Positions 44,194 through 54,699 of a stretch of 64,000 nt of DNA are shown here, in pieces (positions within the stretch are counted from its first letter, which is position 1; each line of letters begins with the position of its first letter). This stretch comes from Candidatus Gottesmanbacteria bacterium RIFCSPLOWO2_01_FULL_43_11b (GTDB taxonomy: Bacteria; Patescibacteriota; Microgenomatia; UBA10105; UBA927), in NCBI GenBank assembly GCA_001780985.1, contig MFJV01000001.1, positions 694,579 through 758,578 on the forward strand. The letters are read 5' to 3'. Under the pieces are notes generated by a model that had not been told where the DNA came from, made no database searches, and saw only the letters and a list, made by a program, of their open reading frames with translations. A program made the position numbers and the translations under genes.

Positions 44194-45909
44194 ATGATGG
44201 ATTCTGTTACCTGGAAAATCGGGGGTGAGGCGGGGTTTGGGATTATGGCCTCCGGCACAATGCTCTGCCGCACATTCTCCCGCGCTGGCTACCATGTGAT
44301 GGCAACTAATGATTACCCCTCGCTTATTCGGGGCGGGCATAATTTCATTACCGTCCGAATTGCCACAGAAGAATTTGCTTCGATGAATCGCGACGTCCAT
44401 ATTCTTGTTGCACTTAACTATGAATCCGTTGAAAAGCATAAAGAAGAACTGATGGATGGGTCGCTGGTTATTTTTGACCCGAAAGACGGTGAGTGGAAAG
44501 AAGGGGATTTTCAAAAAAAAGTAAAACTCCTGCCCGTGCCGTTTCGAGAAATTGTCGGAAAATTTACTGCAGATCCGGTCATGCGTAATACCGTTGCACT
44601 CGGTGTTACGGTAGCTCTTCTCGGAGCACCTTTCGAACGTTTATCCTCAGTTATCACAGATCAATTCAAAAAGAAGGGAGAAGAAGTCGTCAAACAAAAT
44701 CTTACTATAGCCAAAGCTGGTTATGATTTTCCGTCGGAAAAATCCTTTGTCTTGGGGCCGAGCAAGAAGAAAGAGAGACTACTGGTTATAAACGGGAGTG
44801 AAGCAGTAGGTGTCGGGGCAGTACGGGCAGGACTTAAGTTTGCAGCAATTTACCCCATGACGCCGATCAATGCCCTGATTACGTTTTTAGCAGATCACGC
44901 CAAAAATCTTAAACTTGTTTACAAACAACCGGAGGATGAAATAGCAGGGATTAATATGGCAGTTGGTGCTTCCATTGCCGGGGTTCGGAGTATGGTGGCA
45001 ACAAGCGGGGGCGGATTTGCACTGATGGTGGAAGGATTATCGTTTGCAGGTGTCGTTGAAGCTCCACTTGTTATTGATATGGGCATGCGTGTCGGACCTG
45101 CCACCGGTATGCCCACATATACAGAGCAAGGAGAGCTCCAATTCGTTATCCACGCAGGACACGGTGAATTCCCGCGAATAATTCTTGCACCCTCTGACAT
45201 TGGTGAAGCATATAGCTTGACCGTTGATGCATTTAACCTCGCTGATAGGTATCAAGTACCTGTATTTGTTCTTACTGATAAGTATCTGAATGAGAGTCAG
45301 TGGTCTTTACCGCAATCAGCACTTTCGGGTAGCGTTGAAATCGATCGGGGGAAACTATTCTCAAGCGATAGTAAGAATTCGAATGGCGAGTTTAAGCGTT
45401 ACAGTCTCGATGTTTCCGATGGAATATCACCCCGTAGTTTTCCTGGAATGAAAAAAGGACTTTACCATGCTGATTCCTACGAACACGATGAGGTAGGTCA
45501 TGTGACAGAGGACACTTCTATGCGTACTAAAATGAGTTTAAAGCGATTAAAAAAACTAGAAGCGATGAAAAAAGATATGAAGGCTCCAAAAATAGTTGGG
45601 GACAGCGAAGCAGAAATAACATTTGTGTCTTGGGGATCGAGTAAAGGACCGATACTAGAGGCGATGAAACTCCTTGCTGCAAAGGGAAAGAAGACACGAC
45701 TCATACATTTTTCATGGCTTTTTCCTTTTCCTGCTGAAGAGGCGACAAAACTTCTCTCTCCGGTTACCCGACTTATTGATGTTGAGCAGAACGCAACAGG
45801 TCAGTTAGCCTCTCTCATCCGTGAGCATACAGGGATTCTCATAAAAGAAAAAATTCTTAAGTTTGACGGAAGACCTTTCTATCCGGAAGAAATTGTTGAA
45901 AAACTATGA
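44194..45909 (+). CDS. korA: 2-oxoacid:ferredoxin oxidoreductase, fused gamma-alpha subunit
   Basis: The N-terminal gamma domain (GFGIMASGTMLCRTFSRAGYHVMATNDYPSLIRGGHN), then the alpha domain (SMVATSGGGFALMVEGLSFAG). Confidence 0.85.
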   Translation: MMDSVTWKIGGEAGFGIMASGTMLCRTFSRAGYHVMATNDYPSLIRGGHNFITVRIATEEFASMNRDVHILVALNYESVEKHKEELMDGSLVIFDPKDGEWKEGDFQKKVKLLPVPFREIVGKFTADPVMRNTVALGVTVALLGAPFERLSSVITDQFKKKGEEVVKQNLTIAKAGYDFPSEKSFVLGPSKKKERLLVINGSEAVGVGAVRAGLKFAAIYPMTPINALITFLADHAKNLKLVYKQPEDEIAGINMAVGASIAGVRSMVATSGGGFALMVEGLSFAGVVEAPLVIDMGMRVGPATGMPTYTEQGELQFVIHAGHGEFPRIILAPSDIGEAYSLTVDAFNLADRYQVPVFVLTDKYLNESQWSLPQSALSGSVEIDRGKLFSSDSKNSNGEFKRYSLDVSDGISPRSFPGMKKGLYHADSYEHDEVGHVTEDTSMRTKMSLKRLKKLEAMKKDMKAPKIVGDSEAEITFVSWGSSKGPILEAMKLLAAKGKKTRLIHFSWLFPFPAEEATKLLSPVTRLIDVEQNATGQLASLIREHTGILIKEKILKFDGRPFYPEEIVEKL

Positions 45910-46760
45910 GCACAGTTACACCAGATTCTTTAAAAACTAATTTTCTACCAACATGGTGCCCGGGGTGCGGTGACTTTGGTATATGGATGGCACTTCGTGA
46001 TGCCCTTGCAAATTTGAGGATAGGCAGTGACGACGGTCTTATTGTCTACGGCATTGGTTGTCATGGAAATATGCACGATTGGGTGAATATGTACGCAATT
46101 CGGGCACTACACGGAAGAACGCTCCCCGTTGCACAGGGAGCAAAACTTGTTAACCATAAACTTCCGGTTGTCATTATTTCAGGCGATGGGGATTGTTTAG
46201 GAGAAGGGGGAAATCACTTCATCCATGCAGCCAAAAGAAATCCTGATTTGACTGTATTCATTCACAACAACGAGGTCTATGGTCTAACGACCGGCCAAGC
46301 CTCCCCAACTGCCCAAGCCGGGTTTAAAACGAAGTCAACGCCGGAAGGGGCGGTTGATGAGCCTGTTAACCCCCTAACACTTGCTATAGCATCTGGCGCA
46401 ACGTTTGTAGCGCGAGGCTTTGCCGGAGATATGCAGGGGCTCTCTGCACTTATGAAAACTGCAATAGAGCACAAGGGATTTTCCGTTGTCGACATACTCC
46501 AACCATGCGTAACATTTGACAAAGTACATACGTACCAGTGGTATCGGCAAAGGGTTTATAAATTAGAGACGATACCTGAAAATAAAATTAAAGCTTTAGA
46601 AAAAGCCATGGAGTGGGGAGATAGAATACCCCTCGGCGTGTTTTATAAAGAAAATAAGCCAACAAGCGAAGACCGTGAATCCGCTTTGGCGGACAAACCC
46701 CTCGTTGATTTGCCGTTGACAATAGAAAACCTCGAAGGGCTCTTGAATGAGTTTTATTGA
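45906..46760 (+). CDS. korB: 2-oxoacid:ferredoxin oxidoreductase beta subunit (TPP-binding)
   Basis: TWCPGCGDFGI and the TPP-binding GDGDCLGEGGNH. Confidence 0.85.
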   Translation: MSTVTPDSLKTNFLPTWCPGCGDFGIWMALRDALANLRIGSDDGLIVYGIGCHGNMHDWVNMYAIRALHGRTLPVAQGAKLVNHKLPVVIISGDGDCLGEGGNHFIHAAKRNPDLTVFIHNNEVYGLTTGQASPTAQAGFKTKSTPEGAVDEPVNPLTLAIASGATFVARGFAGDMQGLSALMKTAIEHKGFSVVDILQPCVTFDKVHTYQWYRQRVYKLETIPENKIKALEKAMEWGDRIPLGVFYKENKPTSEDRESALADKPLVDLPLTIENLEGLLNEFY

Positions 46761-46813
46761 GGGATTGACCCTTTCGACTTTGCTCAGGGTCATCCCGAAC
46801 GAAAGCTGAGGGA

Positions 46814-46842
46814 TTGACAAGGGTTTTAGCAGTTGTTATACT
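46814..46842 (+). promoter_or_regulatory. sigma70-like promoter TTGACA(17 nt)TATACT upstream of lon
   Basis: Read directly. It is preceded by hairpin GGGATTGACCC(16 nt)GGGTCATCCC and a duplicated GGGATTGAC motif. Confidence 0.45.
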
Positions 46843-46853
46843 CGAGTGCTAAC

Positions 46854-49238
46854 ATGGAACATACACTTCCAGTTGTCCCAATACGAGACGGTATAGTTTT
46901 TCCAGGTACGGAAATGATTCTGACCTTCGGTCGAGCCAGATCAGTTTCGGCAATTGAGGCAGCGCAAAGTAGCGGAAAACGTGTTGTTTTGGTGATGCAG
47001 AAAAATCCCTCAATCAATGATCCCACGCCTTCTGACCTCCATACAATAGGAACGATTGGTGAAATAGTTCAAATGATGAAAAACGAGGGAGAAATAAATG
47101 CCCTGGTTCGGGGAATTGAAAAGGTGGAACTCCTCTCATACGAGTCTGTTGAACCCTTTTTTGTTGCCAGAGTCATTGAGACGGCTGATAAAGTTGAGGC
47201 AGATGATGAGGTGAAGGCATTATTCAATTTTCTTTCCAATGAACTTCGAAGAGCTGTGAAGTTAGGAAAAACTATGGATTTCCTCACCTTCATGAACATT
47301 ATGTCGGGTATTACCCCCCTTGCACTTTCGTACCAAGTTGCAGGAGTTCTTGACGTTAAGCCGGATGAACGACAAGAACTTCTTGAAATAAACTTAGTAA
47401 AATCCCGTCTTGAAAAGGAAATTAATCTCTTGGGAAGAGAAATAAAAATACTTGAACTTGAAAGAAAAATTGCCAGCAAAACTCAAGAAAAATTTGAGAA
47501 GGGAGTACGGGAACAAGTCCTTCGCGAGCGCATGAAGACCATTGAAAAAGAGCTCGGTGAGGACAATGAAAATAAAGAAATAAAAGAACTTGCGGACAAA
47601 ATTAAAAAGGCTGGAATGCCAGAAGAAGTACGAGCCAAGGCGGAAAAAGAGCTTTCGAGACTTGCTCAAATGTCACAGTATAATCCTGAGGCTTCTTACG
47701 TACGTACCTATTTGGACTGGCTTATCGAGCTTCCGTGGGCTGTGTCAAGCCCCAATAATGTTGTAATAGCAGCGGCTGAAAAAGTACTCAATACCGATCA
47801 CTACGGTTTACAAAAAATAAAAGAGAGAATTGTTGAATTTTTGGCAGTGATGAAACTTCGCGCACACGAGGAACAGCAAAAGAATAGCGGAAAAGCAGCA
47901 CCGACAATTCTTTGTTTTGTCGGTCCTCCGGGGGTCGGAAAAACGTCCATTGGAAAATCCATTGCAAGAGCCTTGGGGCGAAAGTTTGTAAAGATGTCGC
48001 TTGGAGGGATTCGGGATGAAGCGGAAATTCGAGGGCACAGGAGAACCTACGTTGGATCCATGCCTGGCCGGATCATACAAGGCGTTAAACAAGCGGGAAC
48101 GAAAAATCCTGTATTCATGCTTGATGAAATAGACAAAGTGGGTACTGATTTTCGTGGTGATCCCTCAGCAGCACTTCTGGAGGCACTTGACCCAGAACAG
48201 AATTACGCATTCTCCGATCACTACCTGGAAGTTCCGTTCGATCTTTCACACGTATTTTTTATCACTACATGCAATGTGCTCGATACAATTCCGCCGGCAC
48301 TCCGGGACCGGCTCGAGGTCATTCGATTCGCAGGATACACTGAGGATGAAAAGTTTCATATAGGGCGGGACTTCCTTGTTGAAAAGCAGCGGGGAAATCA
48401 CGCTGTTCCTAAAGGAAGTATGAAGATTACTGATCAAGCACTCCGGGACATAATTAGGAAATATACGCGGGAAGCAGGAGTGCGGAATCTCGAACGTGAA
48501 ATTGCAACTCTTTTCCGTAAAGTAGCCAAAAAAATTGCTGAAGGAAACGGGAAAACTAAAAAAACATTTTCCATAGGGAGCAATAATCTGCACGGGTATC
48601 TTGGTCCGTACAAGTTTACGTCCTACCTTGCTGAGAAAAAAGATGAAGTGGGAATGGTAACCGGTCTTGCTTGGACTGAGGCAGGAGGGGATATTTTATT
48701 CATTGAGGTCGCACTCATGCCAGGGCGGGGTAATCTCACCTTAACCGGGCAACTTGGGGATGTGATGAAGGAATCCGGTAAGGCTGCAATGTCTTACGTA
48801 CGATCCCGTTGGAAGATGTTGGGGCTTCCTGAAAAGTTTTTCCAGAAAATTGATGTGCACGTACACGTCCCGGAGGGTGCGGTTCCCAAAGACGGACCGT
48901 CAGCAGGAGCTGCTATCGGAACATCACTGGTTTCCGCCCTCACTAAAATTCCGGCAAGACGAACCGTTGCTATGACTGGTGAGATTACGCTTCGCGGGAG
49001 AGTCCTTGAAATTGGCGGAGTAAAAGAAAAAGTAATTGCCGCCCATAGAGCCGGAATTAAAACGCTCATTTTACCCAAAAACAACAAAAAAGATCTTGAA
49101 GATATTCCGAAAAAAGTGTTGAGCGACCTCACTTTCCATTTCGTCGAACATATGGATGAGGTATTAAAAATTGCTCTGGTGAAATCACGGGCAATAGAAA
49201 AAATATCGCTTCGGCCGGCACTTCATCTCAGCGCATAA
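46854..49238 (+). CDS. lon: Lon protease (endopeptidase La)
   Basis: A Lon N domain, AAA+ (GPPGVGKTS), and the S-K dyad protease domain ([19 protein letters not shown]). I trimmed the start to ATG 46854. Confidence 0.9.
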   Translation: MEHTLPVVPIRDGIVFPGTEMILTFGRARSVSAIEAAQSSGKRVVLVMQKNPSINDPTPSDLHTIGTIGEIVQMMKNEGEINALVRGIEKVELLSYESVEPFFVARVIETADKVEADDEVKALFNFLSNELRRAVKLGKTMDFLTFMNIMSGITPLALSYQVAGVLDVKPDERQELLEINLVKSRLEKEINLLGREIKILELERKIASKTQEKFEKGVREQVLRERMKTIEKELGEDNENKEIKELADKIKKAGMPEEVRAKAEKELSRLAQMSQYNPEASYVRTYLDWLIELPWAVSSPNNVVIAAAEKVLNTDHYGLQKIKERIVEFLAVMKLRAHEEQQKNSGKAAPTILCFVGPPGVGKTSIGKSIARALGRKFVKMSLGGIRDEAEIRGHRRTYVGSMPGRIIQGVKQAGTKNPVFMLDEIDKVGTDFRGDPSAALLEALDPEQNYAFSDHYLEVPFDLSHVFFITTCNVLDTIPPALRDRLEVIRFAGYTEDEKFHIGRDFLVEKQRGNHAVPKGSMKITDQALRDIIRKYTREAGVRNLEREIATLFRKVAKKIAEGNGKTKKTFSIGSNNLHGYLGPYKFTSYLAEKKDEVGMVTGLAWTEAGGDILFIEVALMPGRGNLTLTGQLGDVMKESGKAAMSYVRSRWKMLGLPEKFFQKIDVHVHVPEGAVPKDGPSAGAAIGTSLVSALTKIPARRTVAMTGEITLRGRVLEIGGVKEKVIAAHRAGIKTLILPKNNKKDLEDIPKKVLSDLTFHFVEHMDEVLKIALVKSRAIEKISLRPALHLSA

Positions 49239-50166
49239 AATTGTAGATACTTTTACTAAGTTTTGCCATAAGTAAAACTGCATCATCTTCACTAGGTACA
49301 TCAGAGGTAAATATTCCAACGTAATAATTGAGATTGCCGTCAGTGACATAACCCACGTCATGGATGATGCGCACTCCAGTTCCTATTTTATGGTAGACCG
49401 TTACGCTTTTAGGCAGCATTGCAGGAAGTCTATCTTCAAAATCAGTGTCTTTCAAAAACGAGAGCATTTCTTGCGTATATGCCTGGTTGGCAACATCGCC
49501 AGATATGATTTTTTCAAAGAGCATGCTTATGTCTTTATTTGATGTTTTGTTGTTTGCTATATCCGTTTGAATAAGACCCCAGCTTTCCATGAGCTTTTGT
49601 GTTCGTTCAATTCTCACAATATTATTGAGGAGAATATAGGCAGCTGTGTTATCGCTCTTTTGAATCATGAGCCGAGCAAGTGTTTTGATTGTGTACGTTG
49701 CTCCGGGCGTTTCATAGCGAAGTACGCCGGTACCGAAATCTTGAATATCAGCCTCCTGAAGAGTTATTGATTCATCCAAATCAATCTCTCCTGCTTGCGT
49801 GTAATAATAGAGGGCGGACAAAATTGGTATTTTATTAACCGATGCTGCCGTATAAATAACTTCCTCATTTATGCCGAGTTCAAAATCAGAGTTGTAGTCT
49901 TTCACGTAAAGAGAATAATTTTTCCAGGTGTCGTTGATTTCTTTGGTAAGAATTTTGCCTAACTCCTCCGGTGTTTTTTTCTTTGCAAACAAACCTCCAA
50001 ATTGTGTTTGCGGAGGTTTTTCGTCCGGTATGGGAGAGATAACAGGCTGGGGACGGAAGGAGAATAACAATGTGTAGATTCCGATTCCCAAAAGAATAAG
50101 TACTACGAGTAATCGCACAACTCTGCTGAAATTTCTCTGGGGCAGAGATCGTGCGTAGTACTCCAT
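49228..50166 (-). CDS. class A beta-lactamase-like serine hydrolase (membrane-anchored)
   Basis: A TM, SxxK (ASVNK), SDN (QKSDNTAAY), and a KIGTG variant of KTG. I trimmed the start to Met 50166 so it does not overlap tRNA-Glu. Confidence 0.65.
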   Translation of the reverse strand: MEYYARSLPQRNFSRVVRLLVVLILLGIGIYTLLFSFRPQPVISPIPDEKPPQTQFGGLFAKKKTPEELGKILTKEINDTWKNYSLYVKDYNSDFELGINEEVIYTAASVNKIPILSALYYYTQAGEIDLDESITLQEADIQDFGTGVLRYETPGATYTIKTLARLMIQKSDNTAAYILLNNIVRIERTQKLMESWGLIQTDIANNKTSNKDISMLFEKIISGDVANQAYTQEMLSFLKDTDFEDRLPAMLPKSVTVYHKIGTGVRIIHDVGYVTDGNLNYYVGIFTSDVPSEDDAVLLMAKLSKSIYNFMR

Positions 50167-50208
50167 CGTGGGAAAAATTGTACCACAAATGATACAATAT
50201 GTAATATT

Positions 50209-50282
50209 GCCCCGTTCGTCTAGCGGCCTAGGACGATACCTTCTCAAGGTATAGATCGCCGGTTCGAATCCGGCACGGGGTA
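50209..50282 (+). tRNA. tRNA-Glu (anticodon CTC), G1-U72, CCA not encoded
   Basis: Hand-folded. Acceptor GCCCCGT/ACGGGGT, D stem GTCT/GGAC, anticodon stem ATACC/GGTAT, loop TTCTCAA, T arm GCCGG-TTCGAAT-CCGGC, discriminator A, then CAT. Confidence 0.75.
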
Positions 50283-50293
50283 CATAACTCCAC

Positions 50294-50323
50294 TTGACAT
50301 TGTAAGGTGATTTACCGTACAAT
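50294..50323 (+). promoter_or_regulatory. promoter TTGACA(18 nt)TACAAT in the greA leader
   Basis: Read directly. It lies 12 nt downstream of tRNA-Glu. Confidence 0.45.
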
Positions 50324-50354
50324 TTTAGTAGGAATTTATAGTTATACGTCTGCT

Positions 50355-50381
50355 CCTCGCCTCTTCGGGGAGGTTTTTTTT
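50355..50381 (+). terminator. GC stem-loop with UUCG tetraloop plus T8, immediately upstream of the greA start (attenuator candidate)
   Basis: CCTCGCCTC(UUCG)GGGGAGG followed by TTTTTTTT. The 3' arm GGGGAGG is also the only SD-like sequence before ATG 50389. Confidence 0.45.
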
Positions 50382-50388
50382 GAGCACT

Positions 50389-50853
50389 ATGGATCCAAAC
50401 AACAAAATACTCCTAACCCGTGAAGGGTTAGCAGAATTAAAAAAAGAACATAACGAGCTGGTAAACGTAAAAAGACCTTCAGCTGTTGCACGGCTATCTG
50501 ATGCACGGGATCTTGGTGATTTATCTGAAAACAGCGAATACGCAGCCGCAAAACAAGACCTTTCCTTCATTGACGGCCGCATCCTTGAGCTCGAAGAAAT
50601 ACTCCATGGAGCTAAAGTCATTACAAACCACAAAAAAGGACAAGTCGATGTAGGATGCAAAGTGACGCTCAATACAAACGGAAAACGGGAGATTTTTACC
50701 GTAGTGGGTGAGTGGGAAGCGGATCCGAAAGAACGTAAAATTTCCCACGAATCTCCGCTTGGTAAAGCGCTATTGGGTAAGAAGGTTGGTGACAAGGTAG
50801 AGGTCGAAGCGCCGGCGGGCAGACTCCTCTATAAAATATTGCATATTGAGTAA
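50389..50853 (+). CDS. greA: transcription elongation factor GreA
   Basis: LTREGLAELKKEHNEL...SENSEYAAAK is the GreA coiled-coil tip with acidic residues, followed by a C-terminal FKBP-like domain. The start is ATG 50389 or TTG 50380. Confidence 0.9.
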   Translation: MDPNNKILLTREGLAELKKEHNELVNVKRPSAVARLSDARDLGDLSENSEYAAAKQDLSFIDGRILELEEILHGAKVITNHKKGQVDVGCKVTLNTNGKREIFTVVGEWEADPKERKISHESPLGKALLGKKVGDKVEVEAPAGRLLYKILHIE

Positions 50854-51029
50854 TGGTTTGCTAGAATGCTCTCTATCATGAATAGTTCGTATTTTATAGT
50901 TGTTAGCAAAAAGGAAAAGAAAGCAACCCACCTGCGGAGGGGATCTTTTTAGTGGAATAGAAAAATAGAATAACAACCACAAAAACCCCTCCAATGAGGG
51001 GTTTTTTCGTGGGAAAAACAGGAGATTGT

Positions 51030-51710
51030 ATGTTAGATCAATATCAACCAGGACTAAACAATCCATACGCTTCAAGAGAAGTTTCTCGTGCGGTATTGCG
51101 AGTTGCTGATCTCGTGCCATCGGGATCTTTAGTGACAATAGAAGGAACACCTCTTTATGCCGGTCAACCGTGGGACGAATCTCATGAATTCGGTTTCAAC
51201 GGGCTTTTAGCATTACAACTTTCGTTACTTCGAGACAGAGGGTATTCACCGCTTCACATTGCCATGGTTGATGATTATACAACCGACCAAGAAACAGATG
51301 TTACTACTTTTACCCGACAAATGAGGCAGCAGCCAGACATAACTCATTTTGAGTCGTATTTTGCCGATGAGGCAGAAGCACGGTTACAACACCTGCGTGA
51401 CGCACGGCGAACCATGGTTCTTCGAGGAGAACTTCGTTTAATGGAAGGAAGCCAGCCCCGTTTACGCGTGCAAAGCGGGAGAGTAAGTTGTGAGTTATTA
51501 GATGCATGTTTTCAACTGACAAAAGGGACGGGGATACACATTATCATCCACCCTACTGAGTTTGTGTCACAGCAACAAGGGATGCGTGAGATTCTCAGCG
51601 CGATTAATGGCGACAAACTTCCGGGAATTTTTATAAACATATTTTTCAAAAGAAACGTATTGAGCAGAATTTTATTGACTGATCACCATGGAAGAACAAG
51701 AACTATCTAA
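51030..51710 (+). CDS. hypothetical protein (226 aa)
   Basis: An open frame with SD AGGAG 6 nt upstream. No family recognised. It overlaps the DapF-like gene by 23 nt. Confidence 0.45.
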   Translation: MLDQYQPGLNNPYASREVSRAVLRVADLVPSGSLVTIEGTPLYAGQPWDESHEFGFNGLLALQLSLLRDRGYSPLHIAMVDDYTTDQETDVTTFTRQMRQQPDITHFESYFADEAEARLQHLRDARRTMVLRGELRLMEGSQPRLRVQSGRVSCELLDACFQLTKGTGIHIIIHPTEFVSQQQGMREILSAINGDKLPGIFINIFFKRNVLSRILLTDHHGRTRTI

Positions 51711-52650
51711 TCAAATTCTCAATATTCGTTTTTATGAAGGTTGTGGAAACCGGTTACTCATCGTGCACATGCAGAAAGATTTTTCAATGCTGGACGCACG
51801 GTTACGGAATCAACTTCAACGTCTGGGTTTAGAACAGAAAGCCGACAGTGTGTTGGTACTTACAGGCGATCCACAACAGAGTCTGATTCAAGGGTATCAC
51901 GTGACGATGGATGTGTTTGAGCCACGCGGCGTCGATATTCAACATCCAAAACTTGCAGGCAGTTGGTCAACGATGTGTGGGAATGGCATACGTGCAGTTG
52001 CTAAGTATTTAATAGATACCTCAAATCTTGCTTGTTATATCAGAACGAGAAGCGGGATAAGGATAACCACTGTACTTCCTCACAATCAGTTTCGTGTTTG
52101 TATGGGGAAACTTACTACTCGTAAAGAACACCTACAAAAATATGTACGCAATTTTCATTTCTCAGAACTTATTGAAAACAGAATTCGTCATGCGGAAGTT
52201 TTTGTCGGGTTAAACGGGAATCCGGATTTGGACGGCGCTATAGATGGTGAACCACACATGGTTGTATTTTTGCCTAATCATCAAAATATAACTCTCAAAG
52301 CGTTGCAAAAATTGGCAGAAAAGCTTGGACCGGCAATAACGACGAATAGAGAATATTTTCCGGAGTGCATTAATTCTAATTTTGCACTTATAAAAACAAA
52401 AAATAGTAAAAGCATTTCCGTGCTTGCATGTACGTTTGAACGTGGGGTAGAGTACGTGACGCAAGCCTGTGGCACAGGAGCAACAGTAATTGGTTCATAT
52501 CTTTTAAATAATAATAAAGGATTAGAGGAAATAGAAGTACTTATGCCGGGAGGTGCATTATATATAACTCGGGCACCTCATTGCGAGTTCTATCTTACCG
52601 GTCCTGCTAATCCAGTCATTGGCAAAAGGAATATTGAAGCTGTTACCTGA
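51688..52650 (+). CDS. diaminopimelate epimerase family protein (DapF-like)
   Basis: FYEGCGNRLLIV matches FxKMHGxGNDF. Both catalytic Cys motifs are present (MCGNGIRA and ACGTGATV). It is 320 aa, longer than E. coli DapF. Confidence 0.65.
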   Translation: MEEQELSNQILNIRFYEGCGNRLLIVHMQKDFSMLDARLRNQLQRLGLEQKADSVLVLTGDPQQSLIQGYHVTMDVFEPRGVDIQHPKLAGSWSTMCGNGIRAVAKYLIDTSNLACYIRTRSGIRITTVLPHNQFRVCMGKLTTRKEHLQKYVRNFHFSELIENRIRHAEVFVGLNGNPDLDGAIDGEPHMVVFLPNHQNITLKALQKLAEKLGPAITTNREYFPECINSNFALIKTKNSKSISVLACTFERGVEYVTQACGTGATVIGSYLLNNNKGLEEIEVLMPGGALYITRAPHCEFYLTGPANPVIGKRNIEAVT

Positions 52651-54126
52651 ATGTATGATAATACAAGCTATATGGCGACAAGTGATGAGTTAACAAAAAT
52701 ACGAGTTTCGAAACTCGAGGCTTTACGCAAACGCGGTATTGATCCGTATCCCGCTATAGTTCGACGTGAGCACACGATAAAAGAGGTGAGGAAAATGGAT
52801 GGGAGATCTGTTTCCGTTTGTGGCCGAATCATGGGGCTACGCGGTCATGGTAAGATTATGTTCGCCGATCTTGTGGACGAAAGCGGGAAAATCCAAGTGG
52901 TTTTTAAGGCGGATGAGATTGCAGAAGAAATCTTTGGACTCCTCCAATTCTTCGATCTGGGCGACTTTATGGCTACTCAAGGGAAAGTCGGAAAAACTCA
53001 AGCAGGTGAAGTTTCTCTCTTTGTCACAGGTTTTCAGCTTCTTTCTAAGTCTTTACGTCCGCTTCCTGATCAGTGGTCGGGTCTCAAAGACATTGAGGAA
53101 CGATATCGACAGCGCTATGTTGACTTAGTGATGAATGAAGACGTGCGGAAGATTTTTCTTAAACGCTCACAAGTTATATCATTTCTACATAAATTTTTTG
53201 ACGAGTATGGTTTTATTGAAGTAGAAACGCCAATACTTCAACCTGTCTATGGTGGGGCCTCGGCGAAACCTTTTGTGACGCATCATAATACGCTCGACAT
53301 AGATTTATATCTTCGTATTTCAGATGAACTTTATCTAAAACGATTAATTGTTGGAGGATTTGAAAAGGTATATGAAATTGGTCACGACTTCCGCAATGAG
53401 GGCGTAGACCGCGCCCACAATCCGGAATTTACAATGCTCGAATTTTACTGGGCATATGCGGATTATGAAAAGCTGATGGAATTTACGGAAGGAATGTTTG
53501 CCGCACTCATCAAGGAGGTGCAAGGCGCATTGATGGTCGAATATCAGGGGGTCACATATAACTTTACTCCTCCCTGGCCGCGCATTTCGTACCGTGACGC
53601 TGTGCTCAAGCATTCTGGAGTTGATATAGATAAAGCGGATAGTGAAGAAAAACTCAAAAAAGTTATCAAAGAAAAAGGAATAACGCTCAAAGACAAAAAG
53701 GCTGTAGGATTTGGCGCGGTGCTGGATGCGCTGTATAAACAGACAACCCGTCCGCACCTTTCGGGTCCGCTATTTCTGACAGATCGCCCGACCGCTTTTG
53801 TGTCGCTAGCCAAACGCTTGCCGGAAGATCCCAGAAAAACCGCATCATTTCAGCTTTTGGTTGCAGGAGAGGAACTTATAAATGCGTATAATGAGTTGAA
53901 TGATCCGATTGACCAAGCAGAGCGGTGGAAAGAGTCGGAAAAACTTGGGAAAAAAGGAAAAACAGACCACGAAGCATTTGACGCAGATTATATTCGCGCG
54001 CTCGAATACGGCATGCCTCCGACAGCTGGTTGGGGGTTAGGTATTGATCGTTTAGTCGCTATTCTTACCAATCAACACACGCTTAAGGATGTCATCCTCT
54101 TTCCGATCCTTCGCCCTGAAAAATAA
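52651..54126 (+). CDS. lysS: lysine--tRNA ligase (class II)
   Basis: An OB-fold N-terminus and class II motifs (FRNEG, GGASAKPF, GLGIDRL). Confidence 0.9.
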   Translation: MYDNTSYMATSDELTKIRVSKLEALRKRGIDPYPAIVRREHTIKEVRKMDGRSVSVCGRIMGLRGHGKIMFADLVDESGKIQVVFKADEIAEEIFGLLQFFDLGDFMATQGKVGKTQAGEVSLFVTGFQLLSKSLRPLPDQWSGLKDIEERYRQRYVDLVMNEDVRKIFLKRSQVISFLHKFFDEYGFIEVETPILQPVYGGASAKPFVTHHNTLDIDLYLRISDELYLKRLIVGGFEKVYEIGHDFRNEGVDRAHNPEFTMLEFYWAYADYEKLMEFTEGMFAALIKEVQGALMVEYQGVTYNFTPPWPRISYRDAVLKHSGVDIDKADSEEKLKKVIKEKGITLKDKKAVGFGAVLDALYKQTTRPHLSGPLFLTDRPTAFVSLAKRLPEDPRKTASFQLLVAGEELINAYNELNDPIDQAERWKESEKLGKKGKTDHEAFDADYIRALEYGMPPTAGWGLGIDRLVAILTNQHTLKDVILFPILRPEK

Positions 54127-54131
54127 TTGGT

Positions 54132-54698
54132 ATGATAAGCAAACAACAAGTACTTGCGCTTTTGCATCAGCATACCAAAAACCAAAATCTTCGTCGGCAC
54201 ATGTATGCGGTCGGGTTTGCGATGCGCGCTCTTGCCAAAAAACTCGGCGGAGATCCCGATGTGTGGGAGGTCTTAGGACTTCTCCATGATGCCGACTGGG
54301 AAGAAACGAAGGATAATCCAGATCAGCATACGAAAAACACTTTGAGTTGGCTCGAAGAGCTTGGAGAAAACGAAGGTCCCATCGTTCATGCCTTGATGTC
54401 CCACAACAGAAAGTACACTCATTTAGCAGAGCTTGAAGGCAAGATGGAGTGGGCGCTCGAGACGGTCGATGAGTTAACCGGTTTTATTGTTGCAGTTACT
54501 TTAGTTCGACCGGATAAAAAACTTGCTGCTGTAGGTGTCGATTCGGTTATGAAAAAATGGAAAACAAAAGAGTTTGCCAAAGCAGTTGATCGGTCACAGA
54601 TAGCTCAATGTGAAGAGAAGTTAGATATCCTATTAAACGAATTTATAAACATAGTCCTTAAAACAATGCAAGAGAATCATAATGAATTAGGACTGTAA
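54132..54698 (+). CDS. HD domain-containing protein
   Basis: H...HD (LLHDADWE)...H...D metal-binding residues. Confidence 0.65.
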   Translation: MISKQQVLALLHQHTKNQNLRRHMYAVGFAMRALAKKLGGDPDVWEVLGLLHDADWEETKDNPDQHTKNTLSWLEELGENEGPIVHALMSHNRKYTHLAELEGKMEWALETVDELTGFIVAVTLVRPDKKLAAVGVDSVMKKWKTKEFAKAVDRSQIAQCEEKLDILLNEFINIVLKTMQENHNELGL

Positions 54699-54699
54699 T

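Noticed and set aside
49228-50322. Upstream extension of the beta-lactamase-like ORF to 50322
   Set aside because: The extension covers tRNA-Glu on the opposite strand and adds non-homologous sequence. The TM start [23 protein letters not shown] at 50166 is the natural N-terminus.
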